Assembly (NCBI GenBank): GCA_964431555.1
Contig: CAYSJW010000018.1
Span: 1 to 49,488, forward strand
Length of the DNA stretch: 49,488 nucleotides
Direction of reading: 5' to 3'
Source: an uncultured Gammaproteobacteria bacterium
GTDB taxonomy: Bacteria; Patescibacteriota; Microgenomatia; UBA8517
In this document: positions 19,703 to 29,296 of the stretch, one piece after another
How positions within the stretch are numbered: position 1 is the first letter of the stretch
How the letters are laid out: each line of letters starts with the position of its first letter
The notes under the pieces: generated by a model
The model's database searches: none
The model's input: only the letters and a program-made list of their open reading frames with translations
Told to the model about the DNA's origin: nothing
Translations under genes and position numbers: made by a program

Positions 19703-21247
19703 ATGAAAATTATAAAAAAATTTAAGAATTTGCTATTTAAAAGTATAAGACGTTATAAATTTACTTATGCGGTTCTAGCGTTAATATTATCTTTTAGTTT
19801 TTTTCTAAGAATTTATAGAATTTCAGAACTTTTAGGTTTTTATTATGATCAGGGAAGAGACGCTTTAGTTATTTGGAGGTTTTGGCACGAAGGAAAGCCT
19901 TTTTTAGTTGGGCCTGTTACAGGATTGGAAGGAATTTTTTTAGGACCTTTTTATTATTACCTGATTGCCCCCTTTTATTTGATAGGTGGTGGAAATCCTA
20001 TTTATCCAGCCATATTTTTGGCTTTTTTGTCGGTGATAGCAATAGGTGTTGTCTTTTATTTGGGATGGCGGATGCAAAGCTTATTTACAGGTTTGATAGC
20101 AGCTATAATTTCTGGTTTTTCTTATTACTTTGTTCAGGCAGGTCGTTGGCTTGCAAACCCAACGCCGATTTTATTGACCAGCGTTTTACTCCTTCTTTCT
20201 ATGTGGAAGATAATTGAGGATAAAACTGAAAAAAGTGAGACCTTCTGGTTTTCTGTAGCAATTTTGGTTGGAATTTCACTTCAGCTTGAGGCAGCAAGTG
20301 CTATATTTTACATTCCTATGGTGATTATTTTTATTGTCTATCTAGTTTTGCTTAGAAAAAAATTGTTTTCTTTCAAAACTTTTATATTCTCGACACTAAT
20401 TCTTTTGCTTACCCTGCTTCCGCAAATTATTTTCAATTTTAGACACGAGAATATACTTCTGGATAATTTTAGTAAAGTGATATTTGAAGAGAAAAGTTTT
20501 AAAAACCCTTTTACTTCTTATAATTTAATAAAAAAAAGAGATTATTTCTGGAATGTTTTTAGTTCTAAAATTTTTCCAAGAGAAATAAAATACTCTGGCG
20601 TTTATTATCTACTTGGATTATTGGGTATATTTTTGACACTTAAAAAAAATTCGAAGGCAATAATTATTTTGTCAATTTTTATCGGTATTCCTTTGATTGG
20701 TTATATCTTTTTTCAAGGAAATTACGGCAATATTTATGACTATTATATGACAGGTTATTATCTACCTGCGGTTTTGCTTTTTTCGATTGGGCTAGGATAC
20801 TTTTGGAAAAATTTATTAGGTAAGATTTTAGTTTTGCTTTTTTTAGTTGTATTTTTGAATGTAAACATACCACTCATTAAGAATTATATTTCTGCCGGAA
20901 CAGATGGTCCGACTCACATAACTTTGGGTAATGAACTCGATGCTGTGAATTGGGTTTTTGACGACGCGTCTGAATTGGATAAATTTAATATAGATGTATA
21001 TGTTCCTCCGGTGATTCCTCATTCCTACGAATATCTATTTTTATGGCAGGGGAATGTGCGTTGTGGGAAAAGTCTTTGTAACTGGGAAAAAAACAAGCAG
21101 GAGAATGTAGTTTATGTATTATTTGAAATTGATCCACCTCATCCTGAAAGATTGGAAAACTGGCTTTCAAGATATGAGGAAAATAGTATTCTGGAAAAGG
21201 AAGTGAAATTTGGCGGGGTTACTGTTCAGAGAAGATTGAGAATATGA
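19703..21247 (+). CDS. GT-C-like polytopic membrane glycosyltransferase, paralog family 1
   Basis: LRIYRISELLGFYYDQGRDALVIWRF...VGPVTGLEGIFLGPFYYYLIAP aligns by eye with 15829..17433. It has 12 or more hydrophobic helices and a C-terminal soluble domain. Confidence 0.65.
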   Translation: MKIIKKFKNLLFKSIRRYKFTYAVLALILSFSFFLRIYRISELLGFYYDQGRDALVIWRFWHEGKPFLVGPVTGLEGIFLGPFYYYLIAPFYLIGGGNPIYPAIFLAFLSVIAIGVVFYLGWRMQSLFTGLIAAIISGFSYYFVQAGRWLANPTPILLTSVLLLLSMWKIIEDKTEKSETFWFSVAILVGISLQLEAASAIFYIPMVIIFIVYLVLLRKKLFSFKTFIFSTLILLLTLLPQIIFNFRHENILLDNFSKVIFEEKSFKNPFTSYNLIKKRDYFWNVFSSKIFPREIKYSGVYYLLGLLGIFLTLKKNSKAIIILSIFIGIPLIGYIFFQGNYGNIYDYYMTGYYLPAVLLFSIGLGYFWKNLLGKILVLLFLVVFLNVNIPLIKNYISAGTDGPTHITLGNELDAVNWVFDDASELDKFNIDVYVPPVIPHSYEYLFLWQGNVRCGKSLCNWEKNKQENVVYVLFEIDPPHPERLENWLSRYEENSILEKEVKFGGVTVQRRLRI

Positions 21248-22728
21248 CGAAATTTTTGACTAAATTTGTCTTTATCTTTACAATTATCTTGATTATTTTT
21301 GTCAGTTTTTATTTAAGAATTTTTGACGCTGAAAGGCTTTTGTCCTATAGCCACGATTATGATTTGGCTGGATGGATTGTTAAAGATATTGTTTTCGACA
21401 AACACTTTCGCCTAATTGGTCAGGAGACTTCAACCCAAGGTATATTTATAGGTGGGCTTTATTATTATTTACAAATTCCTTTTTATCTTATGTTTAATAT
21501 GGATCCATATGGGGTTGTGTTTTTGGCTTCACTTTTGGGGGTTTTTACTACGATATCCTATTTTTATGTTTTTAATAAAATATTTAACAAATTTATTGCA
21601 TTGGTGGCTTCTTTGATTCATGCGGTTTCTTTGTTTATTGTTTTTACTGAAAGAGAGGTGGTCCCTACTGCACCTGTTTTTTTATGGTCGGTTTGGTTTT
21701 TGTATACTGTTCATCTTTTTTTGATAAATGAACAGTTAAAGGCATTTATTTTGTCTGCTGTCCTTGGCGCTTTGATTTGGCATATTAATTTTGCCCTAAT
21801 TTTGCCTTTTTCATTGTTATTTATTGTTTTGTTTTTCTTTATAAAGAAAGTAAATATTAAATTTCTACTGCTGGGACTTTTGTTTTTTATTGTATTAAAC
21901 ACACCTTTGATCGTTTTTGAGATTCGTCATAATTTTATTCAAACAAAAGCTTTAATAACTTCTCTCACCACCAACCAGATGGATGTTTATCATGGCATAG
22001 GTAAATTTATCAGAGTATTTCATTTGATGGGAAAAAATTTGAACGACCTTGTTTTTGGAGGTGCAACAAATATCAAATACGATTTGTTTTCTCTAATTCC
22101 TTTGGTGGTTCTTTTGATGATGATATACAGGAAAGTTATTAGGAGAGATTTAGGAATTATTTTTTTATCCTGGATTTTATTATATGTAGCTTTTTTTTCG
22201 ACATATTCAAAAATTGTATCAGAATATTATCTAAATGGCGTTATTGTTGTTTATATAGCTGTGATTTCAATCTTGGTTGGCAATTTATTGGAAAGAAGAA
22301 AGACTCGAATTATTGGAATTATTTTTCTTATTGTTTTTTGCTATTTTAATTATAAAAATCTTGTTAATTATCCATTTAATAGGAGTGGATATTATGAGAG
22401 GAAAAATTTAGTTAAAGAAATACGCAGGAATGCGATTATGAACGGTTATCCTTGTGTTTCGGTTTCTTATATTACCAAACCTGGTTATAATTTGGGCTAT
22501 AGATACCTTTTTTGGTGGTTAGGAATGCATGTTAACAGACCTGAAAGTAATTCTCCTGTTTACACAATAGTTTTTCCGTTAAGAGATGATATTAAAGTTG
22601 ACAAGACTTTCGGGTCGCTTGGTCTTATTTATCCTGATTATTCGCGTTATACTAAAGAAGAAGTAACTGAAAGTTGTTCGGGAGAAAATTCAAATTTGAC
22701 AGATCCCATGTTTGGATTTACTAAGTAA
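21244..22728 (+). CDS. GT-C-like polytopic membrane glycosyltransferase, paralog family 1 (divergent copy)
   Basis: ATGA overlap with the previous gene. LRIFDAERLLSYSHDYDLAGWIVKDI...IGQETSTQGIFIGGLYYYLQIP has the same architecture, with GRD replaced by YDLAG. Confidence 0.6.
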   Translation: MTKFLTKFVFIFTIILIIFVSFYLRIFDAERLLSYSHDYDLAGWIVKDIVFDKHFRLIGQETSTQGIFIGGLYYYLQIPFYLMFNMDPYGVVFLASLLGVFTTISYFYVFNKIFNKFIALVASLIHAVSLFIVFTEREVVPTAPVFLWSVWFLYTVHLFLINEQLKAFILSAVLGALIWHINFALILPFSLLFIVLFFFIKKVNIKFLLLGLLFFIVLNTPLIVFEIRHNFIQTKALITSLTTNQMDVYHGIGKFIRVFHLMGKNLNDLVFGGATNIKYDLFSLIPLVVLLMMIYRKVIRRDLGIIFLSWILLYVAFFSTYSKIVSEYYLNGVIVVYIAVISILVGNLLERRKTRIIGIIFLIVFCYFNYKNLVNYPFNRSGYYERKNLVKEIRRNAIMNGYPCVSVSYITKPGYNLGYRYLFWWLGMHVNRPESNSPVYTIVFPLRDDIKVDKTFGSLGLIYPDYSRYTKEEVTESCSGENSNLTDPMFGFTK

Positions 22729-22740
22729 GATTATTTTAGA

Positions 22741-23511
22741 ATGGGAAGTATTTTATTATCGGTAATAATCCCATGCTACAATGAGGAATCGAACCTGAAA
22801 AGGGGAGTTCTTAAATCTGTTTATAATTATCTTAAAGATAAAAATTTTAGTTGGGAAGTTATTATTTCGGATGATGGAAGTTCTGATCAAAGCCTTGACT
22901 TAATAAATAAGGAAGTTAGTAAGTATAAGAATTTTAAGGTTTTGGAAAATCCACACGGGGGGAAACCGTACGCTTTGTTTTACGGGATAAAAAAGTCAAA
23001 AGGTAATTATATTCTTTTTACTGATATGGATCAGTCAACTCCAATAACAGAACTAGAAAAACTCATTCCGTATATTGAAAATGGTTATGATGCAATAATA
23101 GGTTCTCGAGGATTAAAGAGAAAAAATTTTCCTTTATACAGGAAATTAGGTTCTTTTGTTTTTGCTTCTTTTAGAAAGTTATTTTTGCTACCAAATATCG
23201 ATGATACCCAGTGCGGTTTTAAATTGTTTAAAAAGAGTGTTCTTTTAGAGACTTTTCCCAGTTTGGAATTTTTTAAAAAGACAAAAGAAGTTAAGGGATG
23301 GACTGTAACATCTTACGATGTTGAGCTATTACATTTAATTAATAAAATCGGAGGTAAAATTCGCGAAGTGAAAGTTTTGTGGAAAGATGAGGATATAAGC
23401 ACTAGTAAAGGCAGTGCTTTAAAAAGGTATTTAAAAGAATCTGTTGACATGTTTAAACAGGTATTAAGAGTAAAAATTAATGATCTCAAGGGAATGTATT
23501 CAAAGTTGTAA
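22741..23511 (+). CDS. GT2, Dpm1/GtrB-like polyprenyl-phosphate sugar synthase
   Basis: 256 aa. Motifs VIIPCYNEESNL, SDDGSSDQS, TDMDQSTP, GSRG and QCGFKLF. Confidence 0.8.
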   Translation: MGSILLSVIIPCYNEESNLKRGVLKSVYNYLKDKNFSWEVIISDDGSSDQSLDLINKEVSKYKNFKVLENPHGGKPYALFYGIKKSKGNYILFTDMDQSTPITELEKLIPYIENGYDAIIGSRGLKRKNFPLYRKLGSFVFASFRKLFLLPNIDDTQCGFKLFKKSVLLETFPSLEFFKKTKEVKGWTVTSYDVELLHLINKIGGKIREVKVLWKDEDISTSKGSALKRYLKESVDMFKQVLRVKINDLKGMYSKL

Positions 23512-23512
23512 G

Positions 23513-25159
23513 ATGATAAAGATAATTTTGAAGTGGAAAGTTTTTATTTTTTGGTTTTTTTTTATTTTGTTTTGCTCTTTTGGTCTTCGTGTTTTAAGAA
23601 TTTATTTTGATAAACAGCCAATATTTGGCGACGAGGCAATTTATATACATTGGTCTCAAATGATGAGATCTGAACCATCATTGAGGTTTGTCCCTTTATC
23701 TGATGGAAAACAACCTCTTTTTATGTGGATAACAATACCATTTTTAAAGATTTTTAATGACCCGTTATTTGCAGGAAGAATTTTGTCCGCAATTTGTGGT
23801 TTGATCTCAACGGGAGGAATTATGATTTTATCGCTTTTATTATTTGAATCAGTAAAGGCTAGTTTAGTTTCTGGATTAATCTACGCGATTTCCCCATTTA
23901 CAGTTTTTTTTGATTCTATGGCTCTTTCTGATTCTATGCTTTCTATGTTTGGAGTTTTATTTATTCTTTTTACTATTATTACTATAAAGAAAGTAAGATT
24001 AGATACCGCGATTTTAGCCGGGTTTTGTTTAGGAGGAGCTTTATTGACCAAATCTCCAGCTTTAATTTTTGTTTTGTTTTTACCATTAACATTATTTATT
24101 TATAATTGGCCTAAGAAGTTTAAGGACAAATTTTATGATCTTTCTGTTTTTGTTTTTCTTTTTACCTTCACTATTTCGATAGCTTACGGGTTTTATAACA
24201 TATTAAGATTAGGACCTAATTTTCATATGATATCTATAAGAAATAAGGATTATGTTTATCCACTTAATCACTTGGTAGAAAGTTTTTTCGATCCGCTTTT
24301 ACCCTTTTTAAGTAGAATCTGGGAATATTTTTGGATAATGGGACCAAGTTTTATTGTATTACTATTTTTAGCGGGACTTTATTGGGGCTTTAAAAAGTTT
24401 AGAAGAGAAACATTGGTTTTAGTTGCCTTGGGTTTTATACCTATTTTCGTTGTTGCTGAATTTTCAAAAATATTGACAGCTCGTTATATTTATTTTTCCA
24501 TCCCTTATTTATTTATTTTAACTTCTTTGTTTTTTTACCCATTTGATCCTATTAACAAGTTTGTTTTTACTAAAAAGGGGAGGGGTTTGAACCTATTTAA
24601 CCCGTCGGGTTATTTAGGTTTGAACCTTTCGGGTCGGTTCGGAAATTTGTTTGGAAAAAAAATTTATTTTTTATCTTTTTTGACTTTTTTTATATTTATT
24701 TTTCATAGTCTTTACATTGATTATCTTCTTATAACTGAACCTCAATCAGCTAATCTTCCAAGAAGCGAAAGGTCAGGATATTTTGAAGAGTGGACATCGG
24801 GATATGGTATTAAAGAAATATCAATGTATTTGAGAAATCTTTATGAAAATAAACCGAACGAGAAAATAGTAGTAGGGACAGAGGGGTATTTTGGAACTTT
24901 GCCCGATGGATTGCAGATATATTTAAATGATTTACCTGAAATAACCGTGGTGGGGGTCGGACAGCCAATAAGAGAAATTCCCAAACCGCTTATCGAGTCT
25001 AAAGTTTCAGGGAATAAAACGTATCTTGTAGTGAATTCATCAAGGTTATTATTAAATTTAGACAACCCTAAAATTAAGCTTATTGAGAAGTTTCCAAAAG
25101 CACTTATGCCCGATAATACTCGAGAAGAACTTTATTTAATTGAAATTATCGGCAGTTAG
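23513..25159 (+). CDS. ArnT/PMT_2 (GT39-like) polytopic membrane glycosyltransferase carrying an in-frame palindromic-repeat insertion
   Basis: After TM1 the sequence reads FGDEAIYIHWSQMM...PLSDGKQPLFMW. Many TM helices follow, then a C-terminal soluble domain (EGYFGTLPDGLQIYL...). I prefer the ATG at 23513 (TAAGATG junction) over 23480. Confidence 0.7.
   Translation: MIKIILKWKVFIFWFFFILFCSFGLRVLRIYFDKQPIFGDEAIYIHWSQMMRSEPSLRFVPLSDGKQPLFMWITIPFLKIFNDPLFAGRILSAICGLISTGGIMILSLLLFESVKASLVSGLIYAISPFTVFFDSMALSDSMLSMFGVLFILFTIITIKKVRLDTAILAGFCLGGALLTKSPALIFVLFLPLTLFIYNWPKKFKDKFYDLSVFVFLFTFTISIAYGFYNILRLGPNFHMISIRNKDYVYPLNHLVESFFDPLLPFLSRIWEYFWIMGPSFIVLLFLAGLYWGFKKFRRETLVLVALGFIPIFVVAEFSKILTARYIYFSIPYLFILTSLFFYPFDPINKFVFTKKGRGLNLFNPSGYLGLNLSGRFGNLFGKKIYFLSFLTFFIFIFHSLYIDYLLITEPQSANLPRSERSGYFEEWTSGYGIKEISMYLRNLYENKPNEKIVVGTEGYFGTLPDGLQIYLNDLPEITVVGVGQPIREIPKPLIESKVSGNKTYLVVNSSRLLLNLDNPKIKLIEKFPKALMPDNTREELYLIEIIGS
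24581..24642. repeat. Imperfect palindromic repeat element, copy B (inside CDS 23513..25159, read in frame)
   Basis: ggtttgaac (24584-24592), aacccgtcgggtt (24599-24611) and ggtttgaacctttcgggt (24617-24634) have the same order and spacing as copy A. The element is translated as GLNLFNPSGYLGLNLSGRFG between two hydrophobic helices. Confidence 0.75.
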
Positions 25160-25210
25160 AGAATAATACTTCTAGACTTTCTTTGTGATATTATCAATAA
25201 ATGATTATCA

Positions 25211-25936
25211 ATGAAAAAAGAATTTGAACTATCAATCGTAATTCCTGCCTATAATGAAGAGAAAATAATTAGAAATACCCTTCGTAAAGTTCTCTTTTAT
25301 TTGGAAAATAGGAATTTTAGCTGGGAGGTTCTAGTGGTGGATGATGGAAGTAAGGATAGAACTTCGGAAATTGTCAAAAAATTCGCGGAAAAGAAGGTTC
25401 AATACATTAGGCTAAAGGAAAATAGAGGCAAGGGGGCTGCATTAAAAAGAGGGATTCTTAAAGCAAAAGGTGAATTTATTATCTTTATGGACGCTGATTT
25501 ATCGGTTGATCTTAGTAATATTGAGAAATTTTTAAATGTTTTAAAAGGGGGAGAGGATGTAGTGATTGCTTCAAGGAGAGTAAAAGGAGCAGAAATTAAA
25601 GTGCACCAACCCTGGTATAGGGAAAATATGGGTAGAATTTTCACTTTTTTGACGAGGACGTTTATGGGAGTGAAATTAACCGATTTTACCTGCGGATTTA
25701 AAGGATTTAGTAAGGTAGCTGCAAAAAAGATTTTTAAGAATTCTTTGATTCCAGGATGGGCTTATGATGCCGAAATAATGTTTTTGGCAAAAAAGTACGG
25801 TTATAAAATTGTTGAGCTACCAGTGAATTGGGTAAATAGGAAGGATACCAGAGTAAAGTTGAAAAAAGTTATTTTTGAAACATCCAGAGATTTATTTAAA
25901 ATTCGTCTTAATAATTTATTTGGCTTTTATGATTGA
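25211..25936 (+). CDS. GT2, Dpm1/GtrB-like polyprenyl-phosphate sugar synthase
   Basis: 241 aa. Motifs IVIPAYNEEKII, VDDGSKDRT, MDADLSVD, ASRR and TCGFKGF. Confidence 0.8.
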   Translation: MKKEFELSIVIPAYNEEKIIRNTLRKVLFYLENRNFSWEVLVVDDGSKDRTSEIVKKFAEKKVQYIRLKENRGKGAALKRGILKAKGEFIIFMDADLSVDLSNIEKFLNVLKGGEDVVIASRRVKGAEIKVHQPWYRENMGRIFTFLTRTFMGVKLTDFTCGFKGFSKVAAKKIFKNSLIPGWAYDAEIMFLAKKYGYKIVELPVNWVNRKDTRVKLKKVIFETSRDLFKIRLNNLFGFYD

Positions 25937-25976
25937 GGTAAATTTTCAAAAGAAAAATTGTTAATCATAATCTAGT

Positions 25977-27635
25977 ATGAGCAAAATCTTTTTTTTACTT
26001 TTTTTACTTTGTATTCCCTCTTTTTCTTCTTTGCTTCGCCCGGGTTTTTATCCAATGCATGATGATATGCAGGCTATGCGTCTTTTGCAGATTGATAAGT
26101 GCATATCTGATGGGCAAATTCCCTGCCGTTGGGTACCTGATATGGGATATGGGTATGGTTATCCTCAATTTAATTATTATGCTCCGCTTCCGTATTATAT
26201 TATGTGGGTTTTTCATTTTTTCGGTCTGGGTTACTTGGACAGTGTTAAATTGTTTATAGTGTTTTCGGTTTTAGTCTCCTGTTATGCTATGTGTCTTTTG
26301 GCAAGTTCTTTGTGGGGTAAACTAGGAGGAATATTAAGCTCGGTATTTTATATTTATGTTCCGTATAGAGCTGTTGATATGTATGTAAGGGGAGCGCTAG
26401 GAGAGTTGGCTGCCCTTTCAATTATACCTTTTATCTTTTGGTCAGCAAGAAAGCTTGTTTTAAAAGAAAGAGATCATATCTTATATTTGGCATTATCTAG
26501 TGCTGCTCTATTTACGTCGCACAGTATTACAGCTATGTTCTTTACCCCTTTGATTTTTCTCTGGGTATTATTTTTACTTCATCAAGAAAAAAGATTTAGA
26601 TTATCTGAAGTAATAATTACGGCCAAATATTTGGGAACTTCCTTAATTTGGGGTTTGGGATTATCTTCATTTTTTATATTACCTGCTTTTTTTGAGAAAC
26701 ATTATGTTCATATAGATACGCTAATCTCTGGATATTTTAATTACATTTCACATTTTGTGGGTATTAAAAGCTTGTTATTCCAAAGCTATTGGGGTTATGG
26801 TTCGTCGGAGGGTGGTGGATACGATGATGCGTCATTTTCGGTAGGATTATTGCATTGGACTTTGCCGTTGGTTGTTTTGGTTAGTTTTCTTTTTTTAAGA
26901 AAGAAAAAGGAAATAAGATTGTCTTTATTTTTGCTAATTTTAGGTTTTATCTCGCTTTTTATGATACATCCTAGATCATTGATTATCTGGAGGGTATTTG
27001 ATTCATTTTTATCGTATTTACAATTTCCATGGAGATTTTTGTTATTATCGATTTTTTTCTTCTCTTTGTCTTTGGGTGGAATAGGTTATCTTTTAAGGGA
27101 AAATAAAAATGTTTCGAGGATAGTTGCGGGAGTATTGATTGCTTTGGTTATGCTTTTTAATGTTTATTATTTTAGACCTTTGAAATGGTTTGATATAAAT
27201 GATGATCAAAAGTTTTCGGGTGAATCATGGCAAAAACAACTTACGATAAGCCTTTATGATTATCTGCCGGTTTATGCCAAAAAAGCCCCAGATGAGCCTG
27301 CTCCAGAGAAGCCAATTTTAATCAGTGGAGATATTAGTGTCTTAAGTTCTCAAAAGGGTAGTAACTGGCAAACTTATAAAATTGTTTCCAATGGAGAATC
27401 TCGAATTCGGTTACCTTTGTATTATTTTCCTAATTTTAGGGTAATTTTAAATGGTAAAGAAACCCAATTTGATTATGAAAATGAGTTAGGTTTAATTACC
27501 TTAAATCTTATCAACGGTGAAAATGATGTTGAAGTGAGGTTATATGATACACCAATTAGATCTTTTTCAAATATAATTACTTTTATATCGTTTCTGGTAA
27601 TACCGATATATAAAAAGAAAAAAATGAAGAAATGA
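25977..27635 (+). CDS. Polytopic membrane protein, PTPS_related-type (uncharacterised, GT-C-like), tandem paralog 1 of 3
   Basis: PGFYPMHDDMQAMRLL...SDGQIPCRWVPDMGYGYGYPQFNYY, YVPYRAVDMYVRGALGE, LQFPWRFLLLSIFF and a C-terminal YYFPNFRVILNGKE. Confidence 0.6.
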   Translation: MSKIFFLLFLLCIPSFSSLLRPGFYPMHDDMQAMRLLQIDKCISDGQIPCRWVPDMGYGYGYPQFNYYAPLPYYIMWVFHFFGLGYLDSVKLFIVFSVLVSCYAMCLLASSLWGKLGGILSSVFYIYVPYRAVDMYVRGALGELAALSIIPFIFWSARKLVLKERDHILYLALSSAALFTSHSITAMFFTPLIFLWVLFLLHQEKRFRLSEVIITAKYLGTSLIWGLGLSSFFILPAFFEKHYVHIDTLISGYFNYISHFVGIKSLLFQSYWGYGSSEGGGYDDASFSVGLLHWTLPLVVLVSFLFLRKKKEIRLSLFLLILGFISLFMIHPRSLIIWRVFDSFLSYLQFPWRFLLLSIFFFSLSLGGIGYLLRENKNVSRIVAGVLIALVMLFNVYYFRPLKWFDINDDQKFSGESWQKQLTISLYDYLPVYAKKAPDEPAPEKPILISGDISVLSSQKGSNWQTYKIVSNGESRIRLPLYYFPNFRVILNGKETQFDYENELGLITLNLINGENDVEVRLYDTPIRSFSNIITFISFLVIPIYKKKKMKK

Positions 27636-29296
27636 GAAAACTGATTCCTTATATCATACTTTTAATCTTTACATTGCCTACTTATTCTTTTCTTTTCACA
27701 CCGGGGTATTTCAATATGCATGATGACCTTCAAGCGATGCGTATTTTAGAAATGGAAAAGTGTTTTTCCGATGGGCAAATTCCTTGCCGTTGGGCGCCTG
27801 ATATGGCATGGGGTTATGGTCAGGCAATGTTTAATTTTTATAGCGCACTGCCCTATTATTTAGGTATTTTAATAAGAATATTGACTCCCTTATCAATACT
27901 TGCAACTGTAAAATTGCTTTTTGCAATTTCACTGGTTGCGTCAGTATTGGGAATGTATCTACTCGCGAAAGAATTCTGGGGAAAGCTGGGAGGATTTTTA
28001 TCCGCTGTTCTTTATACTTACGCACCCTATCATGCCTTGGATATTTATGTGAGAGGTGCGCTGGCGGAATCATTTGCTTTGGCAATACTTCCTTTTCTTT
28101 GGCTTTTAATTTATAAAATTATCAAAATGCCTTCTTTTTCAAATATAGTTTTGGGGTCTATTTCGGTGGCATTTTTACTTATGACTCATAATATATCAAC
28201 AATGATCTATTTCCCTTTTACTTTATCATGGGTTATATTTTGTTTGCTGAAGTTAAAAAAGCTAAAAAATATATTTTATCTTGGATTATCAGGATTTTTG
28301 GGTTTAGGATTAGCTTCTTTTTTTTTAATTCCCGCCTTATTTGAAAGATCGCTCATACAATCTTATTATCTGACATCAGATTATAGCGATTTTAGGGCTC
28401 ATTTTGTATCTTTGCATCAGTTATTTTTTAGCCGTTTTTGGGATGACGGACCATCTGTTTTTGGAACTAATGATGAGATGTCCTTTCAAGTTGGTTGGCC
28501 GCACTGGTGGCTAATATTTCTTTTGCTTCCATTGGCTTTATTATGGTTAAGAAAGAAAGACAGAAGATTAGACGCAATTTTAACCTTTATGTTTTTGGGA
28601 CTTTTCCTTTTCAGTACATTCCTTACTCATTCTCGTTCAATTTTCTTTTGGTTAAACGTGCCAATGATAGAGTTTGTTCAGTTTCCATGGAGGTTTTTGG
28701 GTTTGTCGATTTTTTTCTTGTCTTTTGCTGGTGGTGCGTTAGGAAAGATTTATCGATTAGTGTCAATACCTCTTGTTGGTATAACAACCATTTTAGCAAT
28801 AATATTGAATGTGAAATATTTTGTTCCTCTAGTTTATTCGTTTAAAGTGACTGATGAAGAAAAATTAAGTGGTGAGGCTTATAAGTTGCAGCAGAAAGCG
28901 GCTATTTTAGATTATCTTCCAAAAACAGCTAAAATTGCACCTACCTCTAAAGCTTTTGATAAGCCAATTATTATAAAAGGATCCGGTAATATTGAAAATT
29001 TTCAAGTTTCTTCAAATAGATTCAGTTTTGATGCAAATATATATGAAGAAAGTAAAGTTGAAATTCCTGTTATGTATTTCCCTAACTGGATTTTGATAAT
29101 CGATGATAAGCTTATCAAGCCGGATATTCACGGTGATTATGGTCTTATAAGTACCACTCTTAGAAAGGGGAGTTATTTGGTTCGTGGCAGGTTTATTAAT
29201 ACTCCAATAAGAACTCTTGCAAATACAATTTCAGTTATTACATTTTTGGGATTAATAACTTCTCTATTAATCTATGCAGCTAGAAATGAAGAATAA
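27632..29296 (+). CDS. Polytopic membrane protein, PTPS_related-type, tandem paralog 2 of 3
   Basis: ATGA overlap with paralog 1. PGYFNMHDDLQAMRIL...SDGQIPCRWAPDMAWGYG, YAPYHALDIYVRGALAE, VQFPWRFLGLSIFF and MYFPNWILIIDDK. Confidence 0.6.
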   Translation: MRKLIPYIILLIFTLPTYSFLFTPGYFNMHDDLQAMRILEMEKCFSDGQIPCRWAPDMAWGYGQAMFNFYSALPYYLGILIRILTPLSILATVKLLFAISLVASVLGMYLLAKEFWGKLGGFLSAVLYTYAPYHALDIYVRGALAESFALAILPFLWLLIYKIIKMPSFSNIVLGSISVAFLLMTHNISTMIYFPFTLSWVIFCLLKLKKLKNIFYLGLSGFLGLGLASFFLIPALFERSLIQSYYLTSDYSDFRAHFVSLHQLFFSRFWDDGPSVFGTNDEMSFQVGWPHWWLIFLLLPLALLWLRKKDRRLDAILTFMFLGLFLFSTFLTHSRSIFFWLNVPMIEFVQFPWRFLGLSIFFLSFAGGALGKIYRLVSIPLVGITTILAIILNVKYFVPLVYSFKVTDEEKLSGEAYKLQQKAAILDYLPKTAKIAPTSKAFDKPIIIKGSGNIENFQVSSNRFSFDANIYEESKVEIPVMYFPNWILIIDDKLIKPDIHGDYGLISTTLRKGSYLVRGRFINTPIRTLANTISVITFLGLITSLLIYAARNEE

